The notes: generated by a model from the sequence alone, not told the origin. DNA of 64,000 nucleotides from the human T2T-CHM13v2.0 reference genome, Homo sapiens (GCF_009914755.1 NC_060932.1), one strand, 5' to 3'; numbered from the stretch's first letter, positions 42,664-57,782 are shown. Numbers and translations are program-made.

Positions 42664-45600
42664 ATGATGACAGGATCAAATTCACACAAAACAATATTAA
42701 CCTTAAATGTAAATAGGCTAAATGCCCCAATTCAAAGACACAGACTGGAAAATTGGATAGAGCCAAGACCCATTGGTGTGCTGTATCCAGGAGACCCATC
42801 TCACATGCAAAGATACACACAGGCTCAAAACAAAGAGATGGAGGAATATTTACCAAGCAAATAGAAAGCAAAAAAAATGCAGGGGTTGCAATCCTAGTCT
42901 CTGAGAAAACAGACTTTAAACAAACAAACATCAAAAAAGACAAAGAAGGGCGTTATATAATGGTAAAGGGATCAATGCAACAAGAAGAGATAACTATCCC
43001 GAATATATGCACCCAATATAGGAGCACCCAGATACATAAAACAATGTCTTAGAGACCTTCAAAGAGATTAGACTCACACACAATAATGGTGAGAGACTTT
43101 AACACCCCACTGTCAATATTAGAGAAATCAATGAGACAGAAAATTAACAAGGATATTCAGGACTTGAACTCAGCTCTGGACCAAGTAGACCTAATAGACA
43201 TCTACAGAACTCTCCACTCCAAATCAACAGAATATACATTCTTCTAAGCACCACATAGCACTTATTCTAAATTGACCACATAATTGGAAGTAAAACATTC
43301 CTCACCAAATGCAAAAGAATGGAAATCATAAGAAACAGTCTCTCAGATGACAGTGCAATCAAATTAAAACTCAGGATTAAGAAACTGACTCAAAACTGCA
43401 CAAGCACATGGAAACTGAACAACCTGTTCCTGAATGACTACTGGGTAAATAACAAAATTAAGGCAGAAGTAAAGAGGTTCTTTGAAACCATTGAGAAGAA
43501 AGAATGTACCAGGATCTCTGCGACACAGCTAAATCAGTGTTTAGAGGGAAATCTATAGCACTAAATGCCCACATGAGAAAGAATCAAAGATTTAAAATTG
43601 ACACCCGAACACCACAATTAAAAGAACTAGAGAAGCAAGAGCAAACAAATTCAAAAGCCACCAGAAGACAAGAAATAACTAAGATCTGAGCAGAACTGAA
43701 GGAGATAGAGACATGAAAAACCCTTCAAAAAATCAATCAATCCAGTGGGTGGTTTTCTGAAAAGATTAACAAACTAGATAGACGGCTAGCCAGACTAATG
43801 AAGAAGAAAAGAGATAAGAATCAAATAGGCACAATAAAAAGTGAAAAAGGGAACATCACCACTGACTACAGAAATTCAAACTACCATCACAGAATACTAT
43901 AAACACCTCTACACAAATAAACTAGAAAATCTAGAAGAAATGGATAAATTCCTGGACACATACACTCTCCCAAAACTAAACTAGGAAGAAGTCGAATCCC
44001 TGAATAAACCAATAACAAGTTCTGAAAAGTTGAGGCAGTAATTAATAGCCTACCAACCAAGAAAAGCCCAGGATCAGATGGATTCACAGCTAAATTATAC
44101 CAGAGTTACAAAGAGGAGCTGGTACCATTCCTTCTTCTGAAACTATTCCAAATGATAGAAAAAGAGGGACTCTTCCCTAACTCATTTTATGAGGCCAGCA
44201 TCATCCTAATACCAAAACCTGGCAGAGCCACAATAAAAAAAGAAAGTTTCAGGCCAATATTGCTGATGAACATTGATGCGAAAATCCTCAATAAAATACT
44301 GGCAAACTGAATCCGGCAGCACATCAAAAAGCTTATCTACCACAATCAAGTCAGCTTCATCCCTGGGATGCAAGTCTGGTTCAACATATGCAAATCAATA
44401 AATGTAATCCATCATATAAACAGAAGCAATGACAAAAACCACATGATCATCTCAATAGATGGAGAAAAGGCCTTCGATAAAATTCAACACCCTTTTATGC
44501 TAAAAACTCTCAATAAACTAGGTATTGATGGAACATATCTCAAAATAGTAACAGCTATTTAGACAAACCCATAGCCAATATCATACTGAATGGGCAAAAG
44601 CTAGAAGCATTCCCTTTAAAAACTGGCACAAGACAAGGATGCCCTATCTCACCACTCCTATTCAACATAGTATTGGAAGTTCTGGCCAGGGCAATCAGAC
44701 GACAAAGAAATAAAGGGTATTCAGACAGGAAGAGAGGAAATCAAATTGTCTCTGTTTGCAGATGACATGATTGTATATTTAGAAAACACCATTGTCTCAG
44801 CCCAAAATCTCCTTAAGCTGATAAGCAACTTCAGCAAAGTCTCAGGATACAAAATCAATATTCAAAAATCACAAGCATTATTATCACCAGTAATAGACAT
44901 GCAGAGAACCAAATCACAAGTGAACTCCCATTCACAATTGCTACAAAGAGAAAAAATACCTAGGAATACAACCTACAAAGGATGTGAAGGACCTCTTCAA
45001 GGAGAACTACAAACCACTGCTCAAGGAAATAAGAGAGGACACAAACAAAGGAAAAAACATTCCATGCTTATGGATAGGAAGAATCAATATCGTGAAAATG
45101 GTCATACTGCCCAAAGTAATTTATAGATTCAATGCTATTCCCATCAAACTACCATTTACTTTCTTCACAGAACTAGAAAAAACTACTTTAAATTTCATAT
45201 GGAACCAAAAAAGAGCCTGTATAACCAAAACAATCCTAAGCAAAAAGTGCAAACCTGGAGGCATCACGCTATCTGACTTCAAACTATACTGCAAGGCTAC
45301 AGTAACCAAAAAAGCATGTACTGGTACCAAAACAAATATATAGACCAATGGAACAGAACAGAGGCCTCAGAAATAACACCATACATCTACAACCATCTGA
45401 TCTTCGACAAATCTGACAAAAACAAGCAATGGGGAGAAGATTCCTTATTTAATAAATGGTGCTGTGAGAACTGGCTACCCATATGCAGAAAACAGAAACT
45501 GGACCCCTTACTTATGCCTTATATAAAAATTAACTCAAATGGATTAAAGACTTATATGTAAGACCTAAAACCATAAAAACCCTAGAAGAAAACCTAGGGA

Positions 45601-46463
45601 ATACCATTCAGGACATACACATGGGCAAAGACTTCATGACTAAAACACCAAAAGCAATTGTAGCAAAAGCCAAAATTGACAAATGGGATCTAATTAAACT
45701 AAAGACCTTCTGCTCAGCAAAAGAAACTATCATCAATATTGAACAGGCAACCTACAGAATGGCAGAAAATTTTTGTAATCTATCCATCTGACAAAGGTCT
45801 AATATCCAGAATTTACAAGGAACTTAAACAAATTTACAAGAAATAAGCAAACAACCCCAGCAAAAAGTGGGTGAAGGATATGAACAGACACTTCTCAAAA
45901 GAGGACATTTATGCAGCCAACAAACATATGAAAAAAAGCTCATCATCACTGGTCACTAGAGAAATGCAAATCAAAACCGCGGTCATATACCATCTCACTC
46001 CATTTAGAATGGCAATCATTAAAATGTCAGGAAACAACAGGTGCTGGAGAAGATGTGGAGAAATAGGAACACTCTTACACTGTTGGTGGGAGTGTAAATT
46101 AGTTCAACCATTGTGGAAGACAGGGTGGTGATTCCTCAAGGAAATACCATTTGACCCAGCAATCCCATTACTGGGTATATACCTGAAGGTTTATAAATCA
46201 TTCTACTATAAAGACACATGCACATATATGTTTATTGCAGCACTATTTACAAAAGCAAAGACTTGGAACCAACCCATAATGCCCATCAATGATAGGCTGG
46301 ATAAAGAAAATTTGGCACAAATACACCACTATGCAGCCATTAAAAAGAATGAGTTCATGTCTTTTGCAGGGACATGATGAAGCTGGAAACCATCATTCTC
46401 AGCAAACTAACACAGAAACAGAAAACCAAGCACCTCATGTTCTCACTTATAAGTGGGAGTTGA
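42664..46463 (+). pseudogene. L1 ORF2p remnant (EN-RT-C), multiply disrupted
   Basis: MMTGSNSHKTILTLNVN; [16 protein letters not shown]; [13 protein letters not shown]; [27 protein letters not shown] found in different frames. Confidence 0.92.
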
Positions 46464-47559
46464 ACAATGAGAACACATGGACACATGGAGGGGAACATCA
46501 CACGCTGGGGCCTGTCGGGGTTTAAGAGGCAAGGGGAGGGTGAGCATTAGGACAAATATCTAATGCATGTGGGTCTTAAAACCTAGATGACGGGTTGATA
46601 GGTGCAGCAAACCACCATGGCACATGTGTACTTATGTAACAAATCTGCACGTTCTGCACATGTATCCCAGAACTTGAAGTAAAATTAAAAAAACAAAACA
46701 AATAGTCCTGATTTTTAAAAACCTATTATTATTTTCCTTTATTTTTCTGAGGAATAACGTACTTTTTTTTAGGTTTTTGAGTGTTTTGAGTGTTGTTTTG
46801 AGTGTTTGTATTGAGTGTTTTTATTTTAAGAATAAATTAATATATACATATGCATTTATATTTTCATTGAGACCTTATGTGTTATTTCAATAAAGAAATT
46901 ATATACAAGTATATTTTTACCAACCCCTATGTATGATCAATGAATAAGTTTCCCTGAGTTTTTTATTGTATTACCAATTCTGCCATTCATGTGATCATCG
47001 TGTACTTAAAAAGAGGCTCAGTTTTGCAGTCTTTAAAATTGTAAGGTTAACTTTGAAATCAGAATTGAACAAGTGAAACTGAGATCTTTATTTTCCAAAA
47101 GAAATAACATTCAGTTTGATGTATTTAAATCAGAAATAGGTAAGTGCCCCATTCCCTTAGTATGAAAGGAAATCGTCCCAATGCCATATAAATGTTATCT
47201 TAAAATTGACGGGGTTTGGTTTGGCAATGAAGCTTCCCAAGAATAACAGAGTCTGGCTTCTCTAAGCCTTTTTTCCTTTTCCTTTCTTTTCTTCTTCTTC
47301 TTTTTTTTTTTTTTTTTTGGCAGTTCTTATTCTGACAAATTTTTTGGAAGTTCTTCTGTAATTCTTGGAGAACACCTTCAGTAATGTGCTTGTGTGATTA
47401 AGAGACACATCTCGGCTAGACAATTTAATGCATGTCTGGTAGGACAATTCAGCCTGGCCAGAAGTTCTTGGCAAGCTATTGCCTATTACCAGAAAATCAA
47501 AGGAGTGAACAAGAAATTTCCCAACAACTTTCCCTTTCCCTTTATATTATTTTTTGAAT

Positions 47560-48433
47560 TAGAGTAAAATGGACCTTTTTGTGTGTTTGTGTACAACTGT
47601 ATGCCTTTTATTTCATCTTACCTTATTGCACCAGCTAGGACTTAACAGTGTGATGTTGAACAGGAGTGATGAGAGTGAATATCCTTGACTTGTTACCAAT
47701 CTCATGGGGAAATTTTCTCTGTCCTGAGTGTTAGGGAACCCCTTTCCCGCTGCTGGAGCCAGAACAATAGGGCTGCTCCTCTAGCTCTTGCTTTGCCTGC
47801 CTATGCTATTTTTGGATTTTTGACTGCTTTGTGTTCCAGCTGGGTGATAGCAGAGGAAAGGGAAGTTGTAAACTCACCACTAGTTAGGTGACACTTTGAA
47901 TTCTGATATCTTCCCCCAATCCACCTGCTACTCTGTACTTTTCAGTTCTCAAACAGCTACTCCCTGTATCCTGTCCTGGCTTTTTAGCTGCATTCAGTGG
48001 GAGAGTCAGGATAGAATGTGTTTTTGCTTTTGTTGCTATTACTTTTGGCATCTTCATCATGAAATCTTTGCCTGTTCCTGTGTCCAGAATGGTACTGCCT
48101 AGGTTGTCTTCCAGGGTATTTACAGTTTTGGGTTTTACATTTAAGCTTTTAATCCACCTTGAGTTGATTTTTGTATATGGTGTAAGGAAGGTATCTAATT
48201 TAATTTTAATCTTCTGCATATGGCTAGCCAGTTATTCCAGTACCATTTATTGAAAAGGAGTCCTTTCCCCTACAATATAATTTTTGATATATGCATGTAA
48301 TGTCGAATGATTAAGCCAAGCTAATTAACATATCTATCACCTTTCTTATTATTTTTTGTGGTGAGATCTTTGAAATTTACACTTAACTATTTAAGAATAT
48401 GCAATATATTATTATTGACTATTGTCACCCTGT
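47560..48433 (-). mobile_element. Patchwork of antisense L1 fragments (L1ME-like ORF2 ~47560-47720, old 5'UTR-like ~47720-48015, L1PA ORF2 48020-48270, L1MA 3' end 48271-48433)
   Basis: ORF 47884..48219(-) contains [39 protein letters not shown]; atgttgaacaggagtgatgagagtgaatatccttgacttgtt; caagctaattaacatatctatcacc. Confidence 0.75.
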
Positions 48434-49699
48434 CAGCACTTCTCTTTTTCTACTCCATTCACTAGGCACTTCTTGGCTTTCCCAGTACTAAAAGGTAGGG
48501 TTGGAATGTGGAGAAGAGCTAAGGGTCAGGAAAAGTGTTACTAGACTGGCACTATTGTGAGCTAACATTGGTCCCAGCATTGCTGGATGTTTAAAGCTAA
48601 ACCGACACTCACTTGCAGAGTTTTCAGGTGCTGCTCCTTCACTTACACATCTCTCACCTCCAGTTCCATGGCACAGATGATGCATCACCTCCACACCAAC
48701 TCTCAGTGTGAGTCTTCCAACACTTGTCCAAGTGGCTCTTCTGTGCAAAATTCATTGAAGACTATTCCAGGTCAGGGCATGCTTTCTGTCTTTCCTTACG
48801 TACACATGTAGTTCACAGGATAATACACTTCATTTCCCAAAGCCTAACTCTCTACTCTGCCTTTTCTTGCCCTTTAAGTCTCTCGGTATGGGTCAGTCCA
48901 TAGTACCATATCCCCTAAGCTCCTCACAAATGAAGCTATGCATGTGTTCTTGAATCTCTCTGGACTAATCCCATACCTGGTGGGTCTCATAGCCCATTAA
49001 CAATTATCTCCAAAAACGGACTCCAATTTTCTACTCATGTGTCTCAGACTCCCCAACCTATTTTACAGGCTGGATGCTAATGATTAGCTGTAGTTCACAA
49101 GGTCTTCTCTGCCATCTTCTTTACAAGTCCTACTTGGGTAGGGTAGTAGCTCACTTTGGAATGTGAGTGGGTAGCTTAGCCAAAATGGGAAGAGAAAGAG
49201 TCCCTTTTTAATCCCTATTTATAATTTACATTTATAAGTTGTCATTTTGATCTTTATATAACTAACCACCATGTGTTAGCGGGAGGAAGATAAATCATTT
49301 ATCAAACGTAGCTGGAGACTTAACAGAGAAACAGACAAGTTACAGATGTATAACAAGATACTAGTTAGATGCTTTACCATGTTTTTTCACTCTGATGGTC
49401 TCAGCCTTGAGGGCTTTCTATACACGTTGTCCTCAGGATTGATCACTTCTGCAGAAATGAGAAAAGAAAGCAAGAAATCATTGTTCTGCTCTGAGTTTGA
49501 AAAGCCTGGAGATGTCAGGCTTTCATATAATTTACCAAAAAGTGAATGAATGCCTATTGATTTAAAAATGATTTTACCACCATGCAGAGAGGCTGAGGAT
49601 AGATAGATACTTCATGAGAAAGGGAGATGAAAATAGAAAGTTGAGCAGAGGGTTAGGGATCTTCACGTTTCCCTTGATCCAAGTGTACATTGGTATAGA

Positions 49700-50375
49700 A
49701 GCTCTAGATAGATTTCTGGGGCCTATGGAGCAAAGATTTGTGTCTTACTTTGTAGGAGCACCACAGGAAATACTGCCCACATTTTAGAGATCCCACATCC
49801 AGGATACACAGAGGTTGGAATAGCAAAGCAAAAAGGCAGGGAATGGTGGAGAGATGACCTGAGACAAGCCTCCAAACTCTCTGGGAGAATATTCAACATT
49901 TTCCCATAACCATGAGAAAAAAAGGGGAGGGAGAAAAGCTGCCCAGAAGAGGTCTTGTGGAACACAAACTGTGTGGCCCTTGCTACTGGATGCCACACAG
50001 CACCCCAAGTCTCATCAGCTTCCAGAAACAGTGAGTTCAGTGGCCAATGGCCAAGAACAGGCTAGACACATTAAACCTCAGCAGGGCCCAGGGAGGCCAG
50101 GTGATTACTATGGATTGGACATGTGCCCACTCCTCCCACCTCCAACTTCCTGGATACCGTGGTGTCTGAGCCTCCTCCAACATCAGACACCACCCAAGTA
50201 GAAGGGAAGGACAAGTGGGGAGTGAAATCCCTGAATTAACTGACACGTGAACAACAAAGAAACTAAGTTTTAAACTGGAAGTGTCTGAAACAGGCTAGAT
50301 TAAGCTTTCCACTGCTGCCCTGGAAATTCCAGTTTTGCATAACTGAGTCTATGACTGTGAAATTAATATCAATTG
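49700..50375. mobile_element. Possible ancient LTR remnant
   Basis: aagaaactaagttttaaactggaagtg and the GA-rich body resemble very old eutherian LTR 3' regions; family uncertain. Confidence 0.3.
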
Positions 50376-51542
50376 TTTATTTAGTATACTTGCCCTCTAA
50401 ATTGTGAGCAAATTGAGGGCAGAGTCCAATTTTCATGGATTATTTTATCCCTATGACCGAATAAAATGCTTGAAATAAGGTAAAAAAAAGAGGCAACAGG
50501 TATTATATAAAATTAATATGAAATAAATAAAACTTGTAATTTATTATTTAGTTAGTTGTCTCCTGTCCTGGTAAATCAGACTGCTATCACTTAAGTGAAA
50601 TCTTCAGCTCTCCAGTTCTTTTTTTCTCTGAGACTGGGTCTAGTCTCAGTTTTCATGATAGCAAGTGAACTTCTGTGATAATTTTTCTGATACTTCTCTT
50701 TTTCCCCTCTATCTTTGCCATTCTGTTGTTTGAAGATGAGAGTTACCTATATGATTCATTCTTCACTCTCACAGAATAAAAACCTAACATAAACATGCAA
50801 AGCTGGAGAAAGGAGTTAAAAAGGAAAAGCAAACAGGAGTAAAAGAACTCTGACGAAAGACAAACACAGTAATTCTTTACTGTAAAGGCTCTCAAAAAAT
50901 GTTTTTGTACTGTAATATGATCCTTTCATTACCATTAGGAAACAGTTTTCACATAAAGACAAATGGACCTATTCTAAATGTCTCTGAACAGTCAACAAAA
51001 CTCTTTTCTGCATGTCAGGAAATCATTTTACAGTGCCATTTATCAGTGATTTCTCTTCCATCTCAGCTGTTATCTCTTTTGTGATAGAATGAATGGAAAC
51101 AACTGTGCAGGTGACAGAATTCCCCCACCAACTTTGATAAGACACCTTGTTAAGTAATAATTTTCTACTTAAAGTGTTTCAATTCTCAGTGTAATTTTTA
51201 GGAAACACCAAGACTTCATTGACAGCAAGAGTCAATGACGGTTAGGACATCGACAATGTCATATGATAATGACAGTCAATGACAGTTAATTCATGGACAG
51301 TCTTTTTACCCAAATGTGAAAAGGACCTTCAAAATCCCAAACCATTGAATAATATTTTCAAAGCATCACATGGGCTTACTGAAAACTTTCTTGCAGAATT
51401 CATTTTTAAAATATAGCTTGTATAATTTTTAACATGAAATTTGATTAAACCTTAATTATCTGTAGTTTCTGCACTCTGAGACAATTTAACAGAGCTCTGC
51501 TATGCAGGTTTTTGCCTATCAGAAAAAAAGACTAAACAGGTT

Positions 51543-51586
51543 CCCAATTAGAAAGGATCCCATTAGAAAGGATCCCAATTCGAAAG
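51543..51586. repeat. ~15-bp tandem repeat ccc(a)attagaaaggat
   Basis: cccaattagaaaggat cccattagaaaggat cccaattcgaaag. Confidence 0.85.
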
Positions 51587-51600
51587 TTATGATTTTTTAT

Positions 51601-51689
51601 AAAAAAAGAAGAAGGAGAAGGAGGAGGGAGAGGGGGAGGGGGAGGGGAAGGGGAGGGGAAGGTGGAGAAGAAGGAGAAGGAGAAGGAGG
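51601..51689 (+). repeat. Polypurine GA-rich low-complexity tract
   Basis: 89 nt of A/G with a single T; central G4-G5 runs. Confidence 0.9.
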
Positions 51690-51929
51690 CCAAAGGCCAA
51701 TCACAAGGATAGACTTTAGTTTTCAGAAAACACCAGGATAGACTACAGAAAAGGCAGAAATAATTGCAATTTTTAATGATGAGTTTTTTAGTTTCTATGC
51801 CTTTCTAATTGTTTGTTAAGGATATGATCTGGCTTAAATGAGATGGGCTGTTGTTCCCTTGTAATAAGACCGGAAAGATAATTCTTCTGTATACTGGAAA
51901 GTATAAAATGATAATGAAAATGTAAACTG

Positions 51930-52142
51930 TAGGATCAGACTGCCATGTTTAGAATCTCAGCTTCCCTGCTTTCTAATTATGTAATCTTAAGCAAATGAAA
52001 TAATCTCCCAGTATCTGAATTTCCTTAGTGAGAATCCTAATGTATTTACCTCAAAGAGTCGTGAGGATTGAATGAGTTAATATATTTAAAGCAATTAGAA
52101 CAGAATGTGTCACGCTGTAAACATTCAACTATGCTGGTTATT
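51930..52142 (+). mobile_element. MIR
   Basis: gatcagactgcc...tgtaatcttaagcaaatga...gtgaggattgaatgagttaatatatttaaagcaattagaacag. Confidence 0.8.
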
Positions 52143-53279
52143 TTGAGCAATTACTGAGGATTGGATTTTATTATTACACTCTAGAAATAACCACCATATT
52201 CAGCTAGTCTTGCTATACGTTATGGTCAAAAAGGATGGTTTAAGATCAACACTCTGATATTCAACTCATTCATCCTGCAAGATGTCAAGTGATATTTACT
52301 TGGTTTCTATCCAATAGTTCAGTACAAAATAAGACATTTATTTACCCCAGGATACAGAAAACTCATCTCAGAAAGCACAAGCATAGACTGTTCTGAAATT
52401 AGACATTATCCTTATAATGAATTATTATAATTGGCTTTATATTATTCTGAGAGATGATGGCAATTCACAGCTGAAATTCTTATGGCATGCCATATAGGAT
52501 CTAGAAGTTTAAAGTTTTGATTAGCCATTCATCCATCTGTGGCTTAAAACCAGGCCTGTTGCAAAAGAAAAATGTTGGTACTGCATGTAAGTTCTTGGCC
52601 ATTCAAGTGAGGTGGCCTTTTATTCAGATTTGTGTCTTGATTAGATTCTTCACAAGAAAATGTTAACCTTACTTTCTGCATAGTTGGTTGTTAAATATGT
52701 AACACAAAATATTTGTACTGAATTCATTCCTGAGGAATGTTCTTTGAACTCTTCAATTATCAATTTTTATTTAAAAAAGAAAAGTTATTTGTGATAATAT
52801 TTATGGAAAAATATCTAAAGGACTTTCAATATATTTCAATATTTCTTTTTAAAGAACACTACCAAGAGTGGGGCAGTAATGCTATATTGTTGTAAGTCAT
52901 TATAAAACGAATTTGAGTAAACAGTGTTTCAGCATTGTGCCTCATCCTATATTGAAAGACACCATAGAAATACGTATTCAAAATTAATCGTTGTCTCTAT
53001 TGTTGGTGCATTGTTAGGACATTATTCACTACATAAAAGTGAGCCATAGAAAAGTTATTTTAGTTTTCTTAGAGAAAAGGTTGACCTCTCCATGATAACA
53101 ATTCTTTTTTTAAAAAGAAATCTTATGTGGCTCCTTTTTTGCTTTGGCCACTAAGAGTATTGTTGTTTCTAGCAACTTTTTAGATTATTCCTCCCTCTCT
53201 CCCTCCATCCTTTCCTTCCTTCCTTTTTTCTTTCCTTCCTTTCTTTCTTCTTTTTACTATAGAGTATCCTTTTTCTTTT

Positions 53280-53590
53280 TTCCTGCCAGCTTTATTGAGG
53301 TGTAATTAACATGAGAAAATTGTATCTATTCAAGCTATATAAAGTAATTATTTGATATACATATACATTGTGTAATGATTACTACAATCAAATTCATCAG
53401 CACACCATCACCATACATAGTTACCTTTTGTGAGTATGTTTGTGTGGGGAGTAGGAGGGAGGGCAATGCTGAGGACACTTATAATCTACTTTCTTAGCAA
53501 ATTTCAAGTAAAAAATACAGTATTATTGACTATAGTCACCATGCTGTACATTAGATCCCAAGAACTAATATGTCTTAAAACAGAAAGTTT
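53280..53590 (-). mobile_element. L1MA-type 3' end
   Basis: cagctttattgaggtgtaatt...aatctactttcttagcaaatttcaagta...tagtcaccatgctgtacattagatcccaagaact. Confidence 0.85.
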
Positions 53591-53657
53591 ATTAAGGTAC
53601 TACCTTTCTAAATTTCATTAATTCAGAAACAAAGAAAATGCTCGTACTTACATGGCA

Positions 53658-54066
53658 GGCTTAGTCTCTTTGCACTACTACAACAAAATATACTTGAGAC
53701 TAGGTAATTTATAAAAAAAAAGAAATTTATTTTCTCACAGTTATGGAGGCTGGGAAGTTCAAAATCAAGGTGCTGACAGGAGCAGGTTTGGTGTCTGGTG
53801 AGAGCTTCTCTCTGCTTCCAAGATGGCGCCTTATCACTGACTCCTCCAGGGGGAAGAATATTGCATCCTCACATGGTGGAGGGCAGAAGGGCAGGAGTAG
53901 CTTAATTCTGCCTGAAGCCTCTTTTCTCCGGGACTTAATCTCATTCATGAAGGAGGAGCCCTAATGACCCAAGTCACCTCTTAAAGGTCCCACCTCTTAA
54001 TACTACCACATTTACTATTAAGTGTCAATACATGAATTTTGGAGGAGACACATTCAAACGATAGCA
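53658..54066 (-). mobile_element. MST-type (MSTC-like) MaLR LTR
   Basis: cttagtc...ggtaatttataaa...ctcacagttatggaggctgggaagttcaaaatcaagg...ctgcttccaagatggcgcc...acattcaaacgatagca. Confidence 0.85.
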
Positions 54067-55059
54067 TATGCCGAGGAAAACAGAAATGACTGCTTATGGC
54101 TGGAGGGAATCAATCCAGAGTTGGGCCACCCAACTATACTTTGCTTCCCTGAAAGCCAAGAGGTCAGCATGTTTGTGTACCAGAAAAGCATTCATGGCAT
54201 ACCACTGGAAAGCTCTGCTGTACGACATATATTTATGATAGCCTTTCAAATTGGATACATGATTGAAACCATCCTTAAAATCTTTGTGGAAGGAGGCAGG
54301 AAACAAACAAACAAACAACAACAACCCCCACCCCCAATAATCAAATAATTGGTCAAAAGCAGAGAAAAAACAAAAAACTTAGAGCGCCAAGATAATAGAA
54401 ATGCAGAATAGAGTTTTAGTAGCAGTCAGGTCATCAGCATTTTGCAGAGGTCTCTAAAAAAAAAAGAAAGCTCTTCAGTAATCCTGTGACTTACTATGTA
54501 AGAATAAATTTGACTTCAATGCCCAGACAAAAACTCGGAAATCTCTGACTTGTAAGGAGACTGATATGGCTAAGACATTTACCAGTAGAGATTAGTAGGA
54601 AAAGAAGATTGGAGACATAAAGAAGTATATTATCAGAAACTGGAAAACAGAGGAAGAAATATGGTTATTGCCTACTTTTTAAGGCATAACTGGATAAAAG
54701 TTTTTATAAGCTTTGTAAGGAGGAACTAGAAACTGACATAAGAAATACACTGTAAATAATTTGAAATTAATTTTGAAATCTATGCCTGAATCAACATTTT
54801 AGTAAAATGCATATAGCATTCAGTATATAATGTGCTTTTAGCCATTTACATTTATTTACTTTTTGTTGTTATCTTTAAGTCTAAAAATGAAGGATCCTTG
54901 CGGTTATTACAATTAGATAACTGACAGAGTATCCTTCATTCTTTCAAGCAAGATTTTTGATTTCAGAATGGAACAAAATCAGGTGGTTTTTACTCCTTAA
55001 AAATGTTATTTTAACAGACTTACCTCTCCCTCTGGATGTGCTACCCAATGCAATTGCAG

Positions 55060-55972
<913 letters not shown>

Positions 55973-57284
55973 ATCCATTTTTCAAAGAGAGCGCTGATAC
56001 TTAGAGAAAGAAAGAAACTTACTTCCTTAATATCTCATAGGGATTATAAGAATTGAACCCAGGTCTTTGGACCCCACTCTGATGTTCTTTTTCACTATCC
56101 TATACTTCCTCCTAGATATGTTGACAGAATCCTCAGGGTGAATATCAAGATTTATTTTGAGGAAGGGTGTTAAACTGACTTGCAGAAGTCTGAGTTCAAG
56201 TTATGATTCTGCCCCTAAACAGGCCGAATCTGAGTACCACAATTTTTCACTTGCAAAAGGCAGTTGAACTAAGATGATGTCTAAGGTTCATTGTGCAGCC
56301 AAATATTAATAAGTCCAGTGACACTACTCAATATTTCCCAAGTCTTCAATAGCAGCATAAATAACTGTTATTTGAAGGCATCAGCAGGACAAGAAAGCCT
56401 ACTAAATATGCTACTTGCTTCTTAGATTCCTGTGTATAGCCAGTTCTAGGAACCTTGTAAAGTGGGGCAAGGTTTCCCAAGGCTGATTGCTAACTGGTGA
56501 CATTTGGTGCAGCTGGCACCCTCACTGGTGATATACGCAAATGTGGTTGTTTGGGTAAAACAGTGTGACATCTAATTATTTATTTTATGTTTTTGCTTTG
56601 TGAAATCAAACTCATATCCAAATTAGGGGTATGATGCCTTAAGATTTAGGACAAGCTTTTGTGTGGTTTTTTTAGCTCCTTAGGCTAGAACTCACTGTGT
56701 GTATATATATATTTGTGTAAGTATTTGTGTTTATTCATCTACCTCGAATACAATGGGTTTTTTGTCTAAAATACACTTTTCCAATCCCAATTTGCTCCTC
56801 ATTCCAGCCAAACCAGTTTTATGATGGTTCCTCTTAATCTCCCTTTTATTTTTCTTGATCCTTTTTTCTTCCTTTCTTCTATTTTTCCCCTTCCTTCTTT
56901 ATCTTTCCTCTTTTTATCTTTCACTCATACTATTTTCCTCAAGAAACGTCTACCCTCTTTCTGACAATGCTAACCCACCTCTATTTAAAGATGCAATTTA
57001 CTTATGAGAAGCCTTATCTGATGGTTGTACTCAAGTCAGAGCACTGATTATCTCTTTCATCCCCAAAGTTTCTGGGGATTCTGTTTATTACCGTTAATAT
57101 TTTATGACTTGTTCTTATTTGTTTCTTTGTTGATCATCTCCCTATATAGTCTTACACGTTGTGGCACTCACTAGATTTCAAACTTCTTCAGTATGCTGAC
57201 CTTGACTTCTGTAACTCTTAAGTTTTCCTTTTCACATTTGAGTACAGGTTTGGAAAGAGTGCAGAAAGCTCCCTAGAAGTCTTT

Positions 57285-57782
57285 GTTTCAGTCATCTATT
57301 GTGTCATAACAAGCCACCCCAAAACGTGATGCTTAAATCATCCATTTTATTGTACTCATGGTTTTGGAGGTAAGGAACTCAGGAATAGCTTGACTGGGTG
57401 GTTTGTCTTTTATCCCTATGGTGTCAGCTGAGGCAGTGGGACTGGAGGATATACTCCAAGATGACTTTCATTCACTGTCAGGTGCTATGGTTTTCCTTGG
57501 CCTGCCTCTGCCTGCATGGCAACTCACCGTCCAGAGCCTTTCCACTTGGCTTGGGCTTCTCACAGTGCAGTAATCTTGGGGTAATCACATTTCTTGCATG
57601 TGATCACACTTCAACCCTGTGCTTTATTGGTCAAAATAATCACAGGGCCTCCCAGATTCAAGGAAGTGAAGAAATACACTCCAGCTTTTGATGTTCAGAA
57701 TTGGACAAGGTCACATGACAGGAGAGCATGCAGAATGTGTATCATTGTTGAGGTCCCCTTTGAAAAATATAATCTAACTAAT
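57285..57782 (-). mobile_element. MLT1-type MaLR LTR
   Basis: tcagtcatctattgtgtcataacaagccaccccaaaacgtgatgcttaaa...cacagggcctcccagattcaagg...ttgaaaaatataatcta. Confidence 0.75.

Larger units (their letters stand above)
40237..46696 (+). mobile_element. Full-length LINE-1, L1PA7/L1PA8-like, retrotransposition-defective
   Basis: About 6.46 kb. 5'UTR begins ggcaagatggcc (YY1 site), followed by ORF1 and ORF2 homology. The 3'UTR cttaaaacctagatgacgggttgataggtgcagc is typical of PA7/PA8. A-rich tail; TSD aa[g/c]aaatagtcctg at 40223-40236 and 46697-46710. Confidence 0.97.
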
